Positions 8,429 through 17,970 of a stretch of DNA of 64,000 nucleotides are shown here, piece after piece. The stretch comes from an uncultured virus (IMG/VR IMGVR_UViG_2758568038_000001). Taxonomy: Duplodnaviria > Heunggongvirae > Uroviricota > Caudoviricetes. A program made the position numbers and the translations under genes. The stretch is taken from the IMG/VR virus record IMGVR_UViG_2758568038_000001; one strand, given 5' to 3'. A model generated the notes under the pieces. That model did no database searches and was not told the DNA's origin. It saw nothing but the letters and a program-made list of their open reading frames with translations. The number at the start of each line of letters is the position of its first letter. The first letter of the stretch is position 1.

Positions 8429-11095
8429 TTATTTCTGTGGGCGTGCGCCGTTTTCTTGCAGGATGCGCAGCTGGGCTTCCGTGAGGGACCCCTGCGGCAG
8501 GTAGCGCTCTTGTCCGCCGCGCAGCGTGATGCGTTTGTCGCCCTTGCTGACGCCGGGGGTCGTCATCCCATCCCACCAGCCCACGTCGCCCACAACCGCA
8601 CCGTTCATGTCCGGCAGTTGGCTGTAGGCTGGCGTCTGGTCGTCAATACCGAGTCTCTGGCCGATACCGTTGTTGCGCAGCGAGTTCATGCCCTGCACCA
8701 TGCGGGTAGCTTCCACCACCTTGGTGCGGTTGGCCGCGCGCTGCTCAGCGCTCATGTTCTCCCAGCCGGGCACGATCTGGCTGGCAAGCTGGTGGGCCAG
8801 GGCCTCGCCGTTCTCGTCACGTTCGGGGCCGTTCTTCCCGTCACGGGTGAACATGTTCTCGAACGTGCTCCGCGCGTCCTTCACGTTGTTCTGGGTGCGC
8901 GTCTGGTCGGCCCCCGCCATGTCCTGGAACGACTTGGCTGCGTCAGTCAGCCCGGCGCCGGCCAGGGCCCGGGCCGTAGCGACAGGGTCGCCACCGCTGC
9001 GGCGGAACACTTCCCCCACCAACTGCTGCTGGCGCAGGCCGCGCTCCATCTCCATGCGCTTGGCGCCGAGCTGAGCGTCGGAGCTGTACATCTGGCCGCG
9101 CAGGGAGTTGTCGGAGCCGTAGCGCGACGCGTCGGCGGCGGTCTTGCTGCCGAACATGGACGCCTGGGCGTTGGTGCGGGAGACGGAGCCGGGGTCAGAG
9201 CCGGTTCGCGCGGCGGTGTCCATGGCCTGGGCGTTCTGGTATGCGCTCACGTCTGCGGCGGCTTTCGCCTTGTTGCCCCACTGCGACTGGCTGTCGTAGA
9301 TGCTGCTGGCCGACGTGCGCAGGTTCTCAAGGTTTTTGCGCGACGCCCAGTCGTTGCCCGAGTGCAGGGTCTGCGGCATCGCCGGGACGCCAGAGCCACC
9401 GGCGAGTTGGCCGCTGAGCGCTGCGCCCTGGCTGCGCAGAGAGTCGGTTGCAGCGAGGTTATTCGCAGCAGCCATGTTCTGGGCGTTCGGGCCGCTACCC
9501 AGGCCCAGGCCGGCGCCGGGGGCGAAGCCGTTGACCGTGATGTCACCGCGCACATTCGTACCGCTGTATTCGTTGCCGTTGCGGGTGACGTTGCCGGGGT
9601 TAGCGTCGCTGCCGAACACGACTGTGTCCCCCACGGGCGAGCGCGCCGATTCGGGCGGACCGGCGAAGGCGTCTTCAGGGCGGGTGCGCGGGGTCGTGGC
9701 TGAGGCGGTGGTGGCTGCGCCTGGGGCTGTCTTGCGCAGGGTCGTCGGGGCGGCAGCGTCCAGCTGCATTTTGGCGTCGTCGTTCACGCCCCCCAACCCC
9801 GTATTCAGCGCGATCTGGTTGGCCCAGCCGCCGATGGTGTCTTTCGCGCCCTCGCTGAGGTTGTCGTAGATGGCGCCGCCGGCCGTCCTGGCTGTGTCCC
9901 AGGCGCCGCGCAGGCCGAGGTAGGCCCCCGCGACAGGTGCAGCGGGGGTGAACAGCGCCGCGCCGGCCACGGCGTCGGCGGCACCGACGCCTGCCTTCCA
10001 GGCGTCTCCTTCCTGGATGCCGTCGTAGGCGTTCTTCGCACCCATGACGCCCTGGACGGCGCCGCCAGCTTTACCCAGCCAGCCGGGCGCCCCAGGCGCC
10101 GTCATCCGCCCTGACTTGTGGGGGCTGTCGGCAGGGCCGCTGGCGAACTTCTTCCAGTCGTCGGCTGCGCCGAACCATTTCGAGGCGGTGCTGGGGGTAT
10201 TGGCGGGAGGCGCGGTGCCTGTCGGGGCTGCGCTCGGGTTGCCCTGAAAGTAGCCCCGGGTGTCTTTGAGGGCCTGGGCCTTCGTTGCCCGCCCTTCGGG
10301 CGAGGCGTCGTACGCCGCAGCAGCGTCGGGGGGCAGCGGGGCAGTGGGGCGGGCGGACGGCCCCTCGGGCGCAGCCTGGGCAGCAGCGGACTGCACCGGG
10401 TCGATACGTTGTCGGGCGGCGTCCAGCAGGCTCTGGTTGGCCTGACTGCCCTGGAGGGGGTTAGGGTTGCCGCGCCAGAAGTCAGGGTCGGCGGAACCGC
10501 CGAACCCCTCGACGGCACGGAGGGTTACTTGAGCATTTCGTACACCTTGAGTATCGCCCCCACGGCTATGAAGAACGTGATTACTCTGCCCGTCCAGCCG
10601 CTGAAAATCCCGCCCTCCGGCATGTGCAGCCGGAAGCTCTTCATTTCGGGTTTCTTGTCCATATTCACCTCCACGTAGCCCACCATGGTAGCGCAACGCC
10701 TTCGCGTCCGCTTCTTCCACGGTCTTGCCACGCGCCGCCAGGGTCTCGGCGCGCAACCCCGACAGCTGCTCGCGCAGTCCGGGGTTGTCGTCGATCATGT
10801 CGTTGGAGACGACGAACTCGCCCGGCTCGTACTTGGCAGGGATCTTGTCGCCCCGGCCCGTGCCCGGCACATGACCGCCGTCCTGAAAGCGGATGCCCGC
10901 AGGGTTGTCGGGCGTGGCGTTGGGTGGTGGCGGAGGTGGGGGCGGCGCAGGCGCAGGGGCCGGGGCCGGGGGAGGGGCGTCTGCCTCGCGCAGGCGCTTG
11001 GCCGTTGCGCCCGGCCGCATGACGCTCTGCGCCCAACGGGTGATAAAGCTGCCGCCGTCAGCGAGTCGGAGAGAGGGTTGTGGGCGCTGGGCCAT
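8429..11095 (-). CDS. probable internal virion/ejection protein, 888 aa
   Basis: Ala/Gly-rich; GGHVPGTGRGDKIPAKYEPGEFVV motif resembles virion proteins; AAGGA RBS; position in operon. Confidence 0.65.
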   Translation of the reverse strand: MAQRPQPSLRLADGGSFITRWAQSVMRPGATAKRLREADAPPPAPAPAPAPPPPPPPPNATPDNPAGIRFQDGGHVPGTGRGDKIPAKYEPGEFVVSNDMIDDNPGLREQLSGLRAETLAARGKTVEEADAKALRYHGGLRGGEYGQETRNEELPAAHAGGRDFQRLDGQSNHVLHSRGGDTQGVRNAQVTLRAVEGFGGSADPDFWRGNPNPLQGSQANQSLLDAARQRIDPVQSAAAQAAPEGPSARPTAPLPPDAAAAYDASPEGRATKAQALKDTRGYFQGNPSAAPTGTAPPANTPSTASKWFGAADDWKKFASGPADSPHKSGRMTAPGAPGWLGKAGGAVQGVMGAKNAYDGIQEGDAWKAGVGAADAVAGAALFTPAAPVAGAYLGLRGAWDTARTAGGAIYDNLSEGAKDTIGGWANQIALNTGLGGVNDDAKMQLDAAAPTTLRKTAPGAATTASATTPRTRPEDAFAGPPESARSPVGDTVVFGSDANPGNVTRNGNEYSGTNVRGDITVNGFAPGAGLGLGSGPNAQNMAAANNLAATDSLRSQGAALSGQLAGGSGVPAMPQTLHSGNDWASRKNLENLRTSASSIYDSQSQWGNKAKAAADVSAYQNAQAMDTAARTGSDPGSVSRTNAQASMFGSKTAADASRYGSDNSLRGQMYSSDAQLGAKRMEMERGLRQQQLVGEVFRRSGGDPVATARALAGAGLTDAAKSFQDMAGADQTRTQNNVKDARSTFENMFTRDGKNGPERDENGEALAHQLASQIVPGWENMSAEQRAANRTKVVEATRMVQGMNSLRNNGIGQRLGIDDQTPAYSQLPDMNGAVVGDVGWWDGMTTPGVSKGDKRITLRGGQERYLPQGSLTEAQLRILQENGARPQK
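10525..10662 (-). CDS. nested 45-aa membrane peptide in an alternative frame of the 888-aa gene
   Basis: GGAGGTG Shine-Dalgarno just before ATG; MDKKPEMKSFRLHMPEGGIFSGWTGRVITFFIAVGAILKVYEMLK has one hydrophobic segment. Confidence 0.5.
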   Translation of the reverse strand: MDKKPEMKSFRLHMPEGGIFSGWTGRVITFFIAVGAILKVYEMLK

Positions 11096-11154
11096 AGGTG
11101 TTCCTTTGTTGGAACACCTTCATGGCCGCGAGGCTCCGGTGAGATGCGGGGATT

Positions 11155-11313
11155 TTACCGCGTTAAGTGCGGGGCGACCTGTATGTACACCAGCACGCCG
11201 AGACCAACTACTCCAGCCAGGATCTTGAGGACGAGCCACCAGCGTGGCGTACCCTCGTCCGTGCCGCCCAGCCACTCTCCGGCCTTCTCCACCGGGTCGT
11301 TGAACTTCTTCAT
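11155..11313 (-). CDS. small single-pass membrane protein, 52 aa
   Basis: Translated by hand: MKKFNDPVEKAGEWLGGTDEGTPRWWLVLKILAGVVGLGVLVYIQVAPHLTR; AAGGAG RBS. Confidence 0.7.
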   Translation of the reverse strand: MKKFNDPVEKAGEWLGGTDEGTPRWWLVLKILAGVVGLGVLVYIQVAPHLTR

Positions 11314-11338
11314 GTCCGTTCTCCTTGAGGCCCCCAGT

Positions 11339-11494
11339 CTACCCTATCGACGTTAGTGGCGAGACCGTGCCAGCCACTTCGCCGCCGTAGCTATAGCCCA
11401 CACTCATGGACGCGCTGCCACTGATACCTGCATTGGCGTGCATCATTCCGTAGGCGCTGGAAGTGAGTTGCGCATAGACCTGCGTGCCTGCCTT
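11339..11494 (-). pseudogene. orphan alternative C-terminus of the 598-aa virion protein
   Basis: KAGTQVYAQLTSSAYGMMHANAGISGSAS... aligns with KTGAQIFAQQVASAYNIVNTSASISAGSS at the end of the upstream gene; lies in a different frame. Confidence 0.6.
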
Positions 11495-11502
11495 TCGTAC
11501 CG

Positions 11503-13299
11503 TCACTCCCAAGACGACCCGGCGGAGATCGAAGCGCTGGTGTTGACGATGTTGTAAGCGCTGGCAACCTGCTGGGCAAAGATCTGTGCGCCGGTCTTTG
11601 CCGCATCCAGTCGCGCACTGCTAGCATTCAGCGCGGCATCCATGTTGAGCTTTGCTGTCTGGATGCCGATGCTCTGCGCGCCCTCGTATTGCTTCACGTT
11701 GGATTCCCATACCCTGGCAGCCAGTTCAGCATGACTCGATGCAGCCATCGAGGCAATCTTGTAGCCATCCACCATCGCCGACGACTGGCGCGACAATGCC
11801 TCGATCCTGGCGGTCTCTGCGGAAACGCGAGCCCGGTACCCATCCCATTGGTTGGTATTGTGCTGACTCATCGCGGAGAACCGCGCGATGCCGACACGCG
11901 CCTTTTCGGCCTGGGCGCCAGCCTTTGCGCTGTACGCTTGTGTGAGCGCTTTGTAGCCTTCGACCTTTGACACCTCTGCGCTGATGGTGGCCTTGTACGC
12001 TTCAACCTTGGAAACCTCCGCATTGACGGTCGCCACAAAGGCGCGGATCTGCTCGCTGGCTGCCTGCAGCCTGCTTTGCTCAAGTTGCACCAGCGTGTTC
12101 GCCGCGCCGATCTGCGCCTTGTAGATTTCAACGTGCGCCATGGCGCCTTCGATTTGGGCCTTGTACTGCTGCACGGCGGAGTTGTTGATCTCAGCCTTGG
12201 TCTGCTCGCCTCGGAGCTGTGCCTTGTATATCTCGACCTTGGTCATCTCGGAGTCGATGACGGTCTTATAGGACGCTGCATATGCCTGGTACGACGCCAG
12301 CAAAGAACGGTGGTACTCCACCCCCGCGTTATAGACCTGCACAGCGTTCTCTGCGACGGCCTTCGCCGACTCAAACGCCAGCTGCTCGATTTTCATGGCG
12401 TGGTCCATCAGCTGCGCCTCCAACTGGATTCCGGCGGCGATGGTCTGCTTCAGATTCTCCTGTTCCAGATCGGCCTGCTTGATGGCGATGTCGCGCGACA
12501 GGCCGGACAGCTTGTCGTAGTAAGCGCGGCGCCCGTCTGACAATTGCGCGGCGAGCGTCCCTGCGGGCAGTGAAAAACCCATGGCTTCTGCGCTGCGCAT
12601 GACTTCCGCCTCGCCTGCCAACGCAATCTGTGTTTCCCGGTCCCTGGCACGATCCCACAGCGCCTGCTCGACGGCTGCGTCCAAACCAGTTCCGCCGCGC
12701 AGGCGCTCGTTCAGCAGCGCCTGCATGTTCGCCAAGAACCCCGACGTGTAAGCCGCGCTGCGCTCGTAACGCAGCGGCACGGGCTGCATGAGGTTCAGCT
12801 CGGGGATGTCGTCCAGTTTTTCGAGCCAGTCCTCGTGCAGGTTCACGCCGCCGAAGGCCGGCGTTGCGATGACGAGGAACTGCGGCGTTTGTGGCAGCGT
12901 TATTTGTGGGGCGTCTGGCACGGACACGTCGCGCACCTGTGGGACCACCGGTGTGGAGCCGAACGACAAAGTCGGCGCTGCACCAAAGCTCAAGGTCGGC
13001 GCAACTGCCGTGAAATCGTCAACGGTTATGTCGTCGATGCCCGCCACCGAGGTGGTGGCCGGCTCAGTAGGTGCGTTGAATGATATTCCCGGCAGGGTCG
13101 GGGCGTCCGGTACTGTGATTGGGGTTGGCGGCGCAGGGGCGTTCCAGGTCACGCTGAGAGTCGGCGGGGCGTAGATGGTCGAGTTCAGCGCTTGTACAAA
13201 TCCCGTGAGCTGCTGCTTTGCAGTATCTGCCATCGTGACCGAGCGGTTGTAGGCGTCCATCACGAGTTCTGCGGGCCCCCCTACTGTGGTAGTTACCAT
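11503..13299 (-). CDS. virion structural protein, 598 aa (Pro-rich N-terminus, helical C-terminus)
   Basis: Long ORF in structural operon, GGAGG RBS. Confidence 0.7.
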   Translation of the reverse strand: MVTTTVGGPAELVMDAYNRSVTMADTAKQQLTGFVQALNSTIYAPPTLSVTWNAPAPPTPITVPDAPTLPGISFNAPTEPATTSVAGIDDITVDDFTAVAPTLSFGAAPTLSFGSTPVVPQVRDVSVPDAPQITLPQTPQFLVIATPAFGGVNLHEDWLEKLDDIPELNLMQPVPLRYERSAAYTSGFLANMQALLNERLRGGTGLDAAVEQALWDRARDRETQIALAGEAEVMRSAEAMGFSLPAGTLAAQLSDGRRAYYDKLSGLSRDIAIKQADLEQENLKQTIAAGIQLEAQLMDHAMKIEQLAFESAKAVAENAVQVYNAGVEYHRSLLASYQAYAASYKTVIDSEMTKVEIYKAQLRGEQTKAEINNSAVQQYKAQIEGAMAHVEIYKAQIGAANTLVQLEQSRLQAASEQIRAFVATVNAEVSKVEAYKATISAEVSKVEGYKALTQAYSAKAGAQAEKARVGIARFSAMSQHNTNQWDGYRARVSAETARIEALSRQSSAMVDGYKIASMAASSHAELAARVWESNVKQYEGAQSIGIQTAKLNMDAALNASSARLDAAKTGAQIFAQQVASAYNIVNTSASISAGSSWE

Positions 13300-13302
13300 A
13301 TG

Positions 13303-13740
13303 TCATATCCTCCGGTTCTGTGATTCATTGGTTAGCGCCTCTATGCGGTCGATCCTGAACGCTTCACCGCCTGGGTTGCGGAACCCGAAACCAAGGTAGT
13401 TTTCGCGTATCCCGCGGCCTGTCGGGGCGCGGGACTGCCCTGCCGCGCGCACCGGAAATTCATAGCTCCACTGCGCGGCCCTGCCGAACACCGTGGCCTC
13501 GCCAACGCCCTCCCCCGACATGGAGAAATAGATGGCGCTGATGGCTTTCTTGAGGGTCGTGCTGCGTAATTTTGTGGCGGTGCGGATGTCGCTCACGATA
13601 GGCCGGTCGATGTCCAGGTCGCCGCCGAAAGCGAACAGCCCGGTGGCTGAGCCCGCATGCGTTGGCGTGATGGAGTGGAAGCCGAATCCCGTGTACTCGG
13701 TTACGGCGCCTGACAGGGTGTTGAGTACGATGGTGTTCAT
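13303..13740 (-). CDS. probable tail/virion protein, 145 aa
   Basis: Coupled ORF in structural operon. Confidence 0.65.
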   Translation of the reverse strand: MNTIVLNTLSGAVTEYTGFGFHSITPTHAGSATGLFAFGGDLDIDRPIVSDIRTATKLRSTTLKKAISAIYFSMSGEGVGEATVFGRAAQWSYEFPVRAAGQSRAPTGRGIRENYLGFGFRNPGGEAFRIDRIEALTNESQNRRI

Positions 13741-16139
13741 ATAGTTGCCAGGAAAGTGGTTTTGAACTCGAACTTTTCTGCGCCGTCGGAGGGCTTTAGT
13801 AGTTCGTCTAGCTGTGTCACACCCCCGCTACTTACAAGCAGAATACGGGCACGGTCCTTGGGCTCTGCGAAGCCATCGTAGGAGTAGTGGATCTCCAGTG
13901 CGAGGCCGCCAGTGCGCGCGTCTTTTGCGGTGCCGACGGACACATCGAACCGCTCGGACATAGACGCATTGGCCTGGTAGATTTCCGCATGCGTGTTGGT
14001 CAGCACGTCGCTACGGTCGATGTGAAGCTCCCGCTCGATTTGGTGTGTCGTCAGCCCGGCGACCGGATGCTGGTAAGTCTCGGCTGGCACCGTCGTCCAT
14101 ACTGCCAACATATTTGAGCCGCTGTCGTCTAATGGGACTAATTCGCACACTTGTGTGTCCACCGAGCCGTATAGGACCCTCTCCTCGTAGGTGAACTTGG
14201 TGTATGGCGCACTTGGCCCATATACAACTGTTGCTTCAGGCCAGGCGCCGGCGGACGGCTTGGGTGCGCCGGACCCAAACCCAAACCTCATATCAGGGTA
14301 GGCCTTTGGCTCGTACTTGGTGGAGCCGCCGCTGCATGGCCCGCTCGCCAGCACTTCCTCATAAGCCAGCACTCCAGACTGGTAGACGCAAACCGATACG
14401 GTGGCGGTCCCTGAAAAAGTATTTGTGATGTCGTCGCCGGCGTCACAAAAATAGCTGCCTAGTGGGGAGGAATTCATGGTCGCGCCCGCTGCGTATGAGG
14501 ACCTGCGCCAGGACCTCACACCGCCACCGACTGCGACTTCCTTGGAGAACACGGCGCAGTCGGTGTCTGCGTCATAGTGCAGGAGCACCAGCTTTGTGCG
14601 ACTGACGGTACTGGTCACCGAGGCTTCGCCCTCAGCCGGCCACATGCTGGGGTAGTTAACTGACGTGTCCTCTGCAAAAACCTCAGATACGGAACTGACC
14701 CCAACAACTTGCCCTTCTGGCAGTGTCCAGGTTTCAGTTTCCTTCCATGTGACTGTCTTGCGCACAGATGGGGATGCGTCGGTGAAAGTTTTTGTCCCCT
14801 CGATACTTTCTTCCACTGATGTTGAGCGGTTGATTTGCCAGGGGCTACCGTCATGCTTGATGCCGTGCGCGGCGACGGACGTGCTTATAACCCCGCTGCC
14901 GACATACGACTCTGTGTAGGTCGCTTGCGCGCTAGAGGAGCTGGGGCCTATATCAAGCCCATTAATCAGGACAGGCTTGCCCCATACCCCGATGGTACAG
15001 CTGTCTACCCAGTAGATTGGGCAGAAGTCGATCGCGCCTTCCACATGCGGGGACAGGCTGGTTTGGTAAACCCTGCAGCTGACTGGTTCATGACCGGCGA
15101 GTTCGTGCTTGGTCCGCAGTTGCGATATCTCGGCCCCCGGGCTCCAGGGAGAATTACTCGGGAGGTCTATGACTACTGTGACTGACTCTAGGTCTGGCGG
15201 CGCCGAGAGGTCAGACATCTTCCACTGTTTCGGCGTGGAAGATGGCGTGATTAGTATGGTGCCTGCGTAAGACACCGTGCCGGAGGATGTATAAGTGATG
15301 CCCTCCGTCGCAGCGATCGCCCGCTCCTCAACGACCTCAAGCGCAGGCGACAGTGTGATGAGGTGGGCGGAGTCTCCTGCAGTCGCCAGGGCGAAGTTAC
15401 CCGCCGCCGAGAGTACGTTGACCCTACCGCCATCCACCTGGACAGTGTCAACGGCGACATAGGCCCCCTCTGCATCCCTTTGCAGCAGCTCGATTGTGCC
15501 GTTACTGACGCTCAGGAAAGACACGGGGTTAGGCTCGTTTGCTGCAGCGGCGCCACGGCGGGCGGCGCGCACCGCCGCCGGGTAAATGTTCGACGGGCGA
15601 GCGGTGTCAGAGACTTCCCTATTCCTGAAGTACGTCAGCGCGCTGGCACCACTAGCATCATCGCCCTCAGAGAGGACGGTAGATAACCACCGGGTCCGGT
15701 CAGTACCGACCCACACGGATTGCCCACCAACGAGCGATGCCCTGCGCGTGATATTCCACTTCCCCTGGGCGTCTAGGGCGGCTAGGTAGTAGTGCGCAAC
15801 CCCGCCCGTAGAGAGTTCAGGGATCGGTGCACCGTCCCACCCGACGAGGCGCATACCTATGCCCGCCGCACCCTGTTCGCCTTGTACGGAGACGAGGACG
15901 CTGGCGACACCGCCGATGATGTTGACCTTCGCCCACACCCCATCTGCGAGTGTGCGGGACCTCGAAAAGCTCGGGGCTACGGAGAGTCGGTGTTCTTCGC
16001 AGCAGGCGATGAAGAATGACTGAACCGCTGCAGACTGCGCGCCGGTCAGCGAGCCACCTTGCACCACCAATCGCACCGGGGTGCTCCCCGTGATAGGGTC
16101 CCCGCCGCGATTAAAAGGGGATGGGTTCCACGGCCTCAT
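13737..16139 (-). CDS. probable tail/receptor-binding protein, 800 aa
   Basis: Ser/Thr/Val-rich, atypical codon usage, ATGA overlaps on both sides. Confidence 0.55.
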   Translation of the reverse strand: MRPWNPSPFNRGGDPITGSTPVRLVVQGGSLTGAQSAAVQSFFIACCEEHRLSVAPSFSRSRTLADGVWAKVNIIGGVASVLVSVQGEQGAAGIGMRLVGWDGAPIPELSTGGVAHYYLAALDAQGKWNITRRASLVGGQSVWVGTDRTRWLSTVLSEGDDASGASALTYFRNREVSDTARPSNIYPAAVRAARRGAAAANEPNPVSFLSVSNGTIELLQRDAEGAYVAVDTVQVDGGRVNVLSAAGNFALATAGDSAHLITLSPALEVVEERAIAATEGITYTSSGTVSYAGTILITPSSTPKQWKMSDLSAPPDLESVTVVIDLPSNSPWSPGAEISQLRTKHELAGHEPVSCRVYQTSLSPHVEGAIDFCPIYWVDSCTIGVWGKPVLINGLDIGPSSSSAQATYTESYVGSGVISTSVAAHGIKHDGSPWQINRSTSVEESIEGTKTFTDASPSVRKTVTWKETETWTLPEGQVVGVSSVSEVFAEDTSVNYPSMWPAEGEASVTSTVSRTKLVLLHYDADTDCAVFSKEVAVGGGVRSWRRSSYAAGATMNSSPLGSYFCDAGDDITNTFSGTATVSVCVYQSGVLAYEEVLASGPCSGGSTKYEPKAYPDMRFGFGSGAPKPSAGAWPEATVVYGPSAPYTKFTYEERVLYGSVDTQVCELVPLDDSGSNMLAVWTTVPAETYQHPVAGLTTHQIERELHIDRSDVLTNTHAEIYQANASMSERFDVSVGTAKDARTGGLALEIHYSYDGFAEPKDRARILLVSSGGVTQLDELLKPSDGAEKFEFKTTFLATI

Positions 16140-17305
16140 TGTGGCACCGCGATGTATTGCGGGACTCCGTTGACCTCGCGGAACGTGGCGCTCACCTCCT
16201 TGGCTGAAGTATGGTACGTTCCGGCCGTAATGGCGTACGTCTGACCGCCATTGAAACCTGCCACGATGGCGCCTCCGGCTATGCAGAGCATCGCTTCCCC
16301 ACTTCCCGCTGCATCCCCGAGTTTGACCTTGTTGCCTGGCGCGCGCACGCCGGAGCCAAGCACGACGGGGCCGTGGTTTTTCGCCCCTAGCGTGAGCTGG
16401 TCGAATGTCTGCCCACCGAGAAAAAAGAGGTCTTGTGCAGTCCCGACATAGATGCCGTCCTGCACAGGCTGCACCATGGTGATGCTCGCACCGAACCGCT
16501 TGAAGTCCCGGCGCAGGTCAAATATGTGGTGGGAGTGAGGCGTTGACGCCCATAGGGTGTCTCCCTGGGCCACAAGTACACGACCGCGCCAGAACGCGCC
16601 GAGTATGCCTACTGGGGCAGCACTCAACCCCATCGTGCGGCACGGGAGGGTCAGCGTGTTGTTGCCCCCGGAGAACACAAGTGCGTCTGTCGCCGTGCTC
16701 CCGGCCAGGTAAGCGCCTTCGCCGCCATGGCCGCTCAGGTACACGTTGGTTTTGTGGCCGTCCAGTACCGGGAGGCCCATCAGGAACACCCCGCCGAGAT
16801 CTACCTGCACTGGCGGCGCCATGGTGGGCGGCCCCTCCAGGCCGTCAGACAGCCGCACATGGGTCACGTAGTAGGTGTAGCTGCCCGGGTGCAGCCGCCC
16901 GGAGATGGGCGACACGGCCCCATACGCATGCGGCGCCGGGATGCTCCAGCCATGCCCGGCAAGTCCATCAGTGCTGCCGTTTATCAAGCCGTTGCTGAAC
17001 AGCGTCGATCCGTCTGGGAGATCGGTGTACCAGACGCGATCCGTCCCGATGGACTGCGCCACTATGTTCCTGGCCCCACTGGGGTGGATGGCCGTCAGAT
17101 CGCCATTGACCGTCGCCAGCATGAACCCGCGGGCCTGATGGAGATTCTTGTGGCACTGTTCAGACAGCCCTATGAAGCCGCCACGCCGAGCTATCTCCCC
17201 GCTCAGCCCGATGTCTACGTTCTCCGCCCGAACCAGCGCAGCTTCGCCCAGGCGCTCCTGCGTCTGGACGTTATTAATGCCGCTAAATTCATTGAATGTC
17301 AGCAT
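16136..17305 (-). CDS. probable tail (nozzle/stabilisation-like) protein, 389 aa
   Basis: N-terminal FSGINN...AENVDI pattern and beta-rich sequence; operon position. Confidence 0.55.
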   Translation of the reverse strand: MLTFNEFSGINNVQTQERLGEAALVRAENVDIGLSGEIARRGGFIGLSEQCHKNLHQARGFMLATVNGDLTAIHPSGARNIVAQSIGTDRVWYTDLPDGSTLFSNGLINGSTDGLAGHGWSIPAPHAYGAVSPISGRLHPGSYTYYVTHVRLSDGLEGPPTMAPPVQVDLGGVFLMGLPVLDGHKTNVYLSGHGGEGAYLAGSTATDALVFSGGNNTLTLPCRTMGLSAAPVGILGAFWRGRVLVAQGDTLWASTPHSHHIFDLRRDFKRFGASITMVQPVQDGIYVGTAQDLFFLGGQTFDQLTLGAKNHGPVVLGSGVRAPGNKVKLGDAAGSGEAMLCIAGGAIVAGFNGGQTYAITAGTYHTSAKEVSATFREVNGVPQYIAVPQ

Positions 17306-17970
17306 ATGTTGCCCCGGATCACGGTTGGTTTTCCGTGGCGCATGCCAGCAAGGCTAGAGAAGGCGTACATTCCCACGCGGCCGATGCGCGACGTGCCGTG
17401 CTGCGCGCCACCATGCCCAATGGCCGAAAGGCGGATGACAGGCAATACGATGGTGTGGGCGCCGCTGCGAGTCGCCAGATTCCCAACGGCGCTCAAGACT
17501 GCTGCGGCGCTGGCGGTTCCGTGGGATGTCCCGCGGACTCCAGAAGCCCGCACGATCGCCAGCGCATCGGCGTGTGCATGCTGCGTCGATGAGGCCCCAA
17601 GCGCGCGCACCACCGAAGCTGCGCTGACAGTTCCGTGTACGACAGTCGGAAGCGCTCCTGCCGCCTGCAGCGGCGTGAATCCTTTTGCGCCCGGCCTTCC
17701 ATGCGCCGTACTGGGGGCGGAGCGTGCAGCAGAAACAGTCCGGGCCGCACTCGCGGCGGGCATGTAGAGCGCCATCGGGATGCCGTGCGTTGTGCGCGGG
17801 CCACTCTGTCGCGCTATTGCGATGTCCGGCCCCACGAGAGCCTCCATCACTGCCACTGCAGTGCCGTAGGCGGTCGCCTCGGGGACTGAGGCCGCGTACA
17901 GCTTCCGCGCGCCGCTGCTGGCGCCGGCCATGCCGTTTATTTCTGCGCCGTTGATGAGCGGGTAGGTCAT
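17299..17970 (-). CDS. Ala-rich virion protein, 223 aa
   Basis: Coupled ORF; N-terminal INGAEING motif. Confidence 0.55.
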   Translation of the reverse strand: MTYPLINGAEINGMAGASSGARKLYAASVPEATAYGTAVAVMEALVGPDIAIARQSGPRTTHGIPMALYMPAASAARTVSAARSAPSTAHGRPGAKGFTPLQAAGALPTVVHGTVSAASVVRALGASSTQHAHADALAIVRASGVRGTSHGTASAAAVLSAVGNLATRSGAHTIVLPVIRLSAIGHGGAQHGTSRIGRVGMYAFSSLAGMRHGKPTVIRGNIC

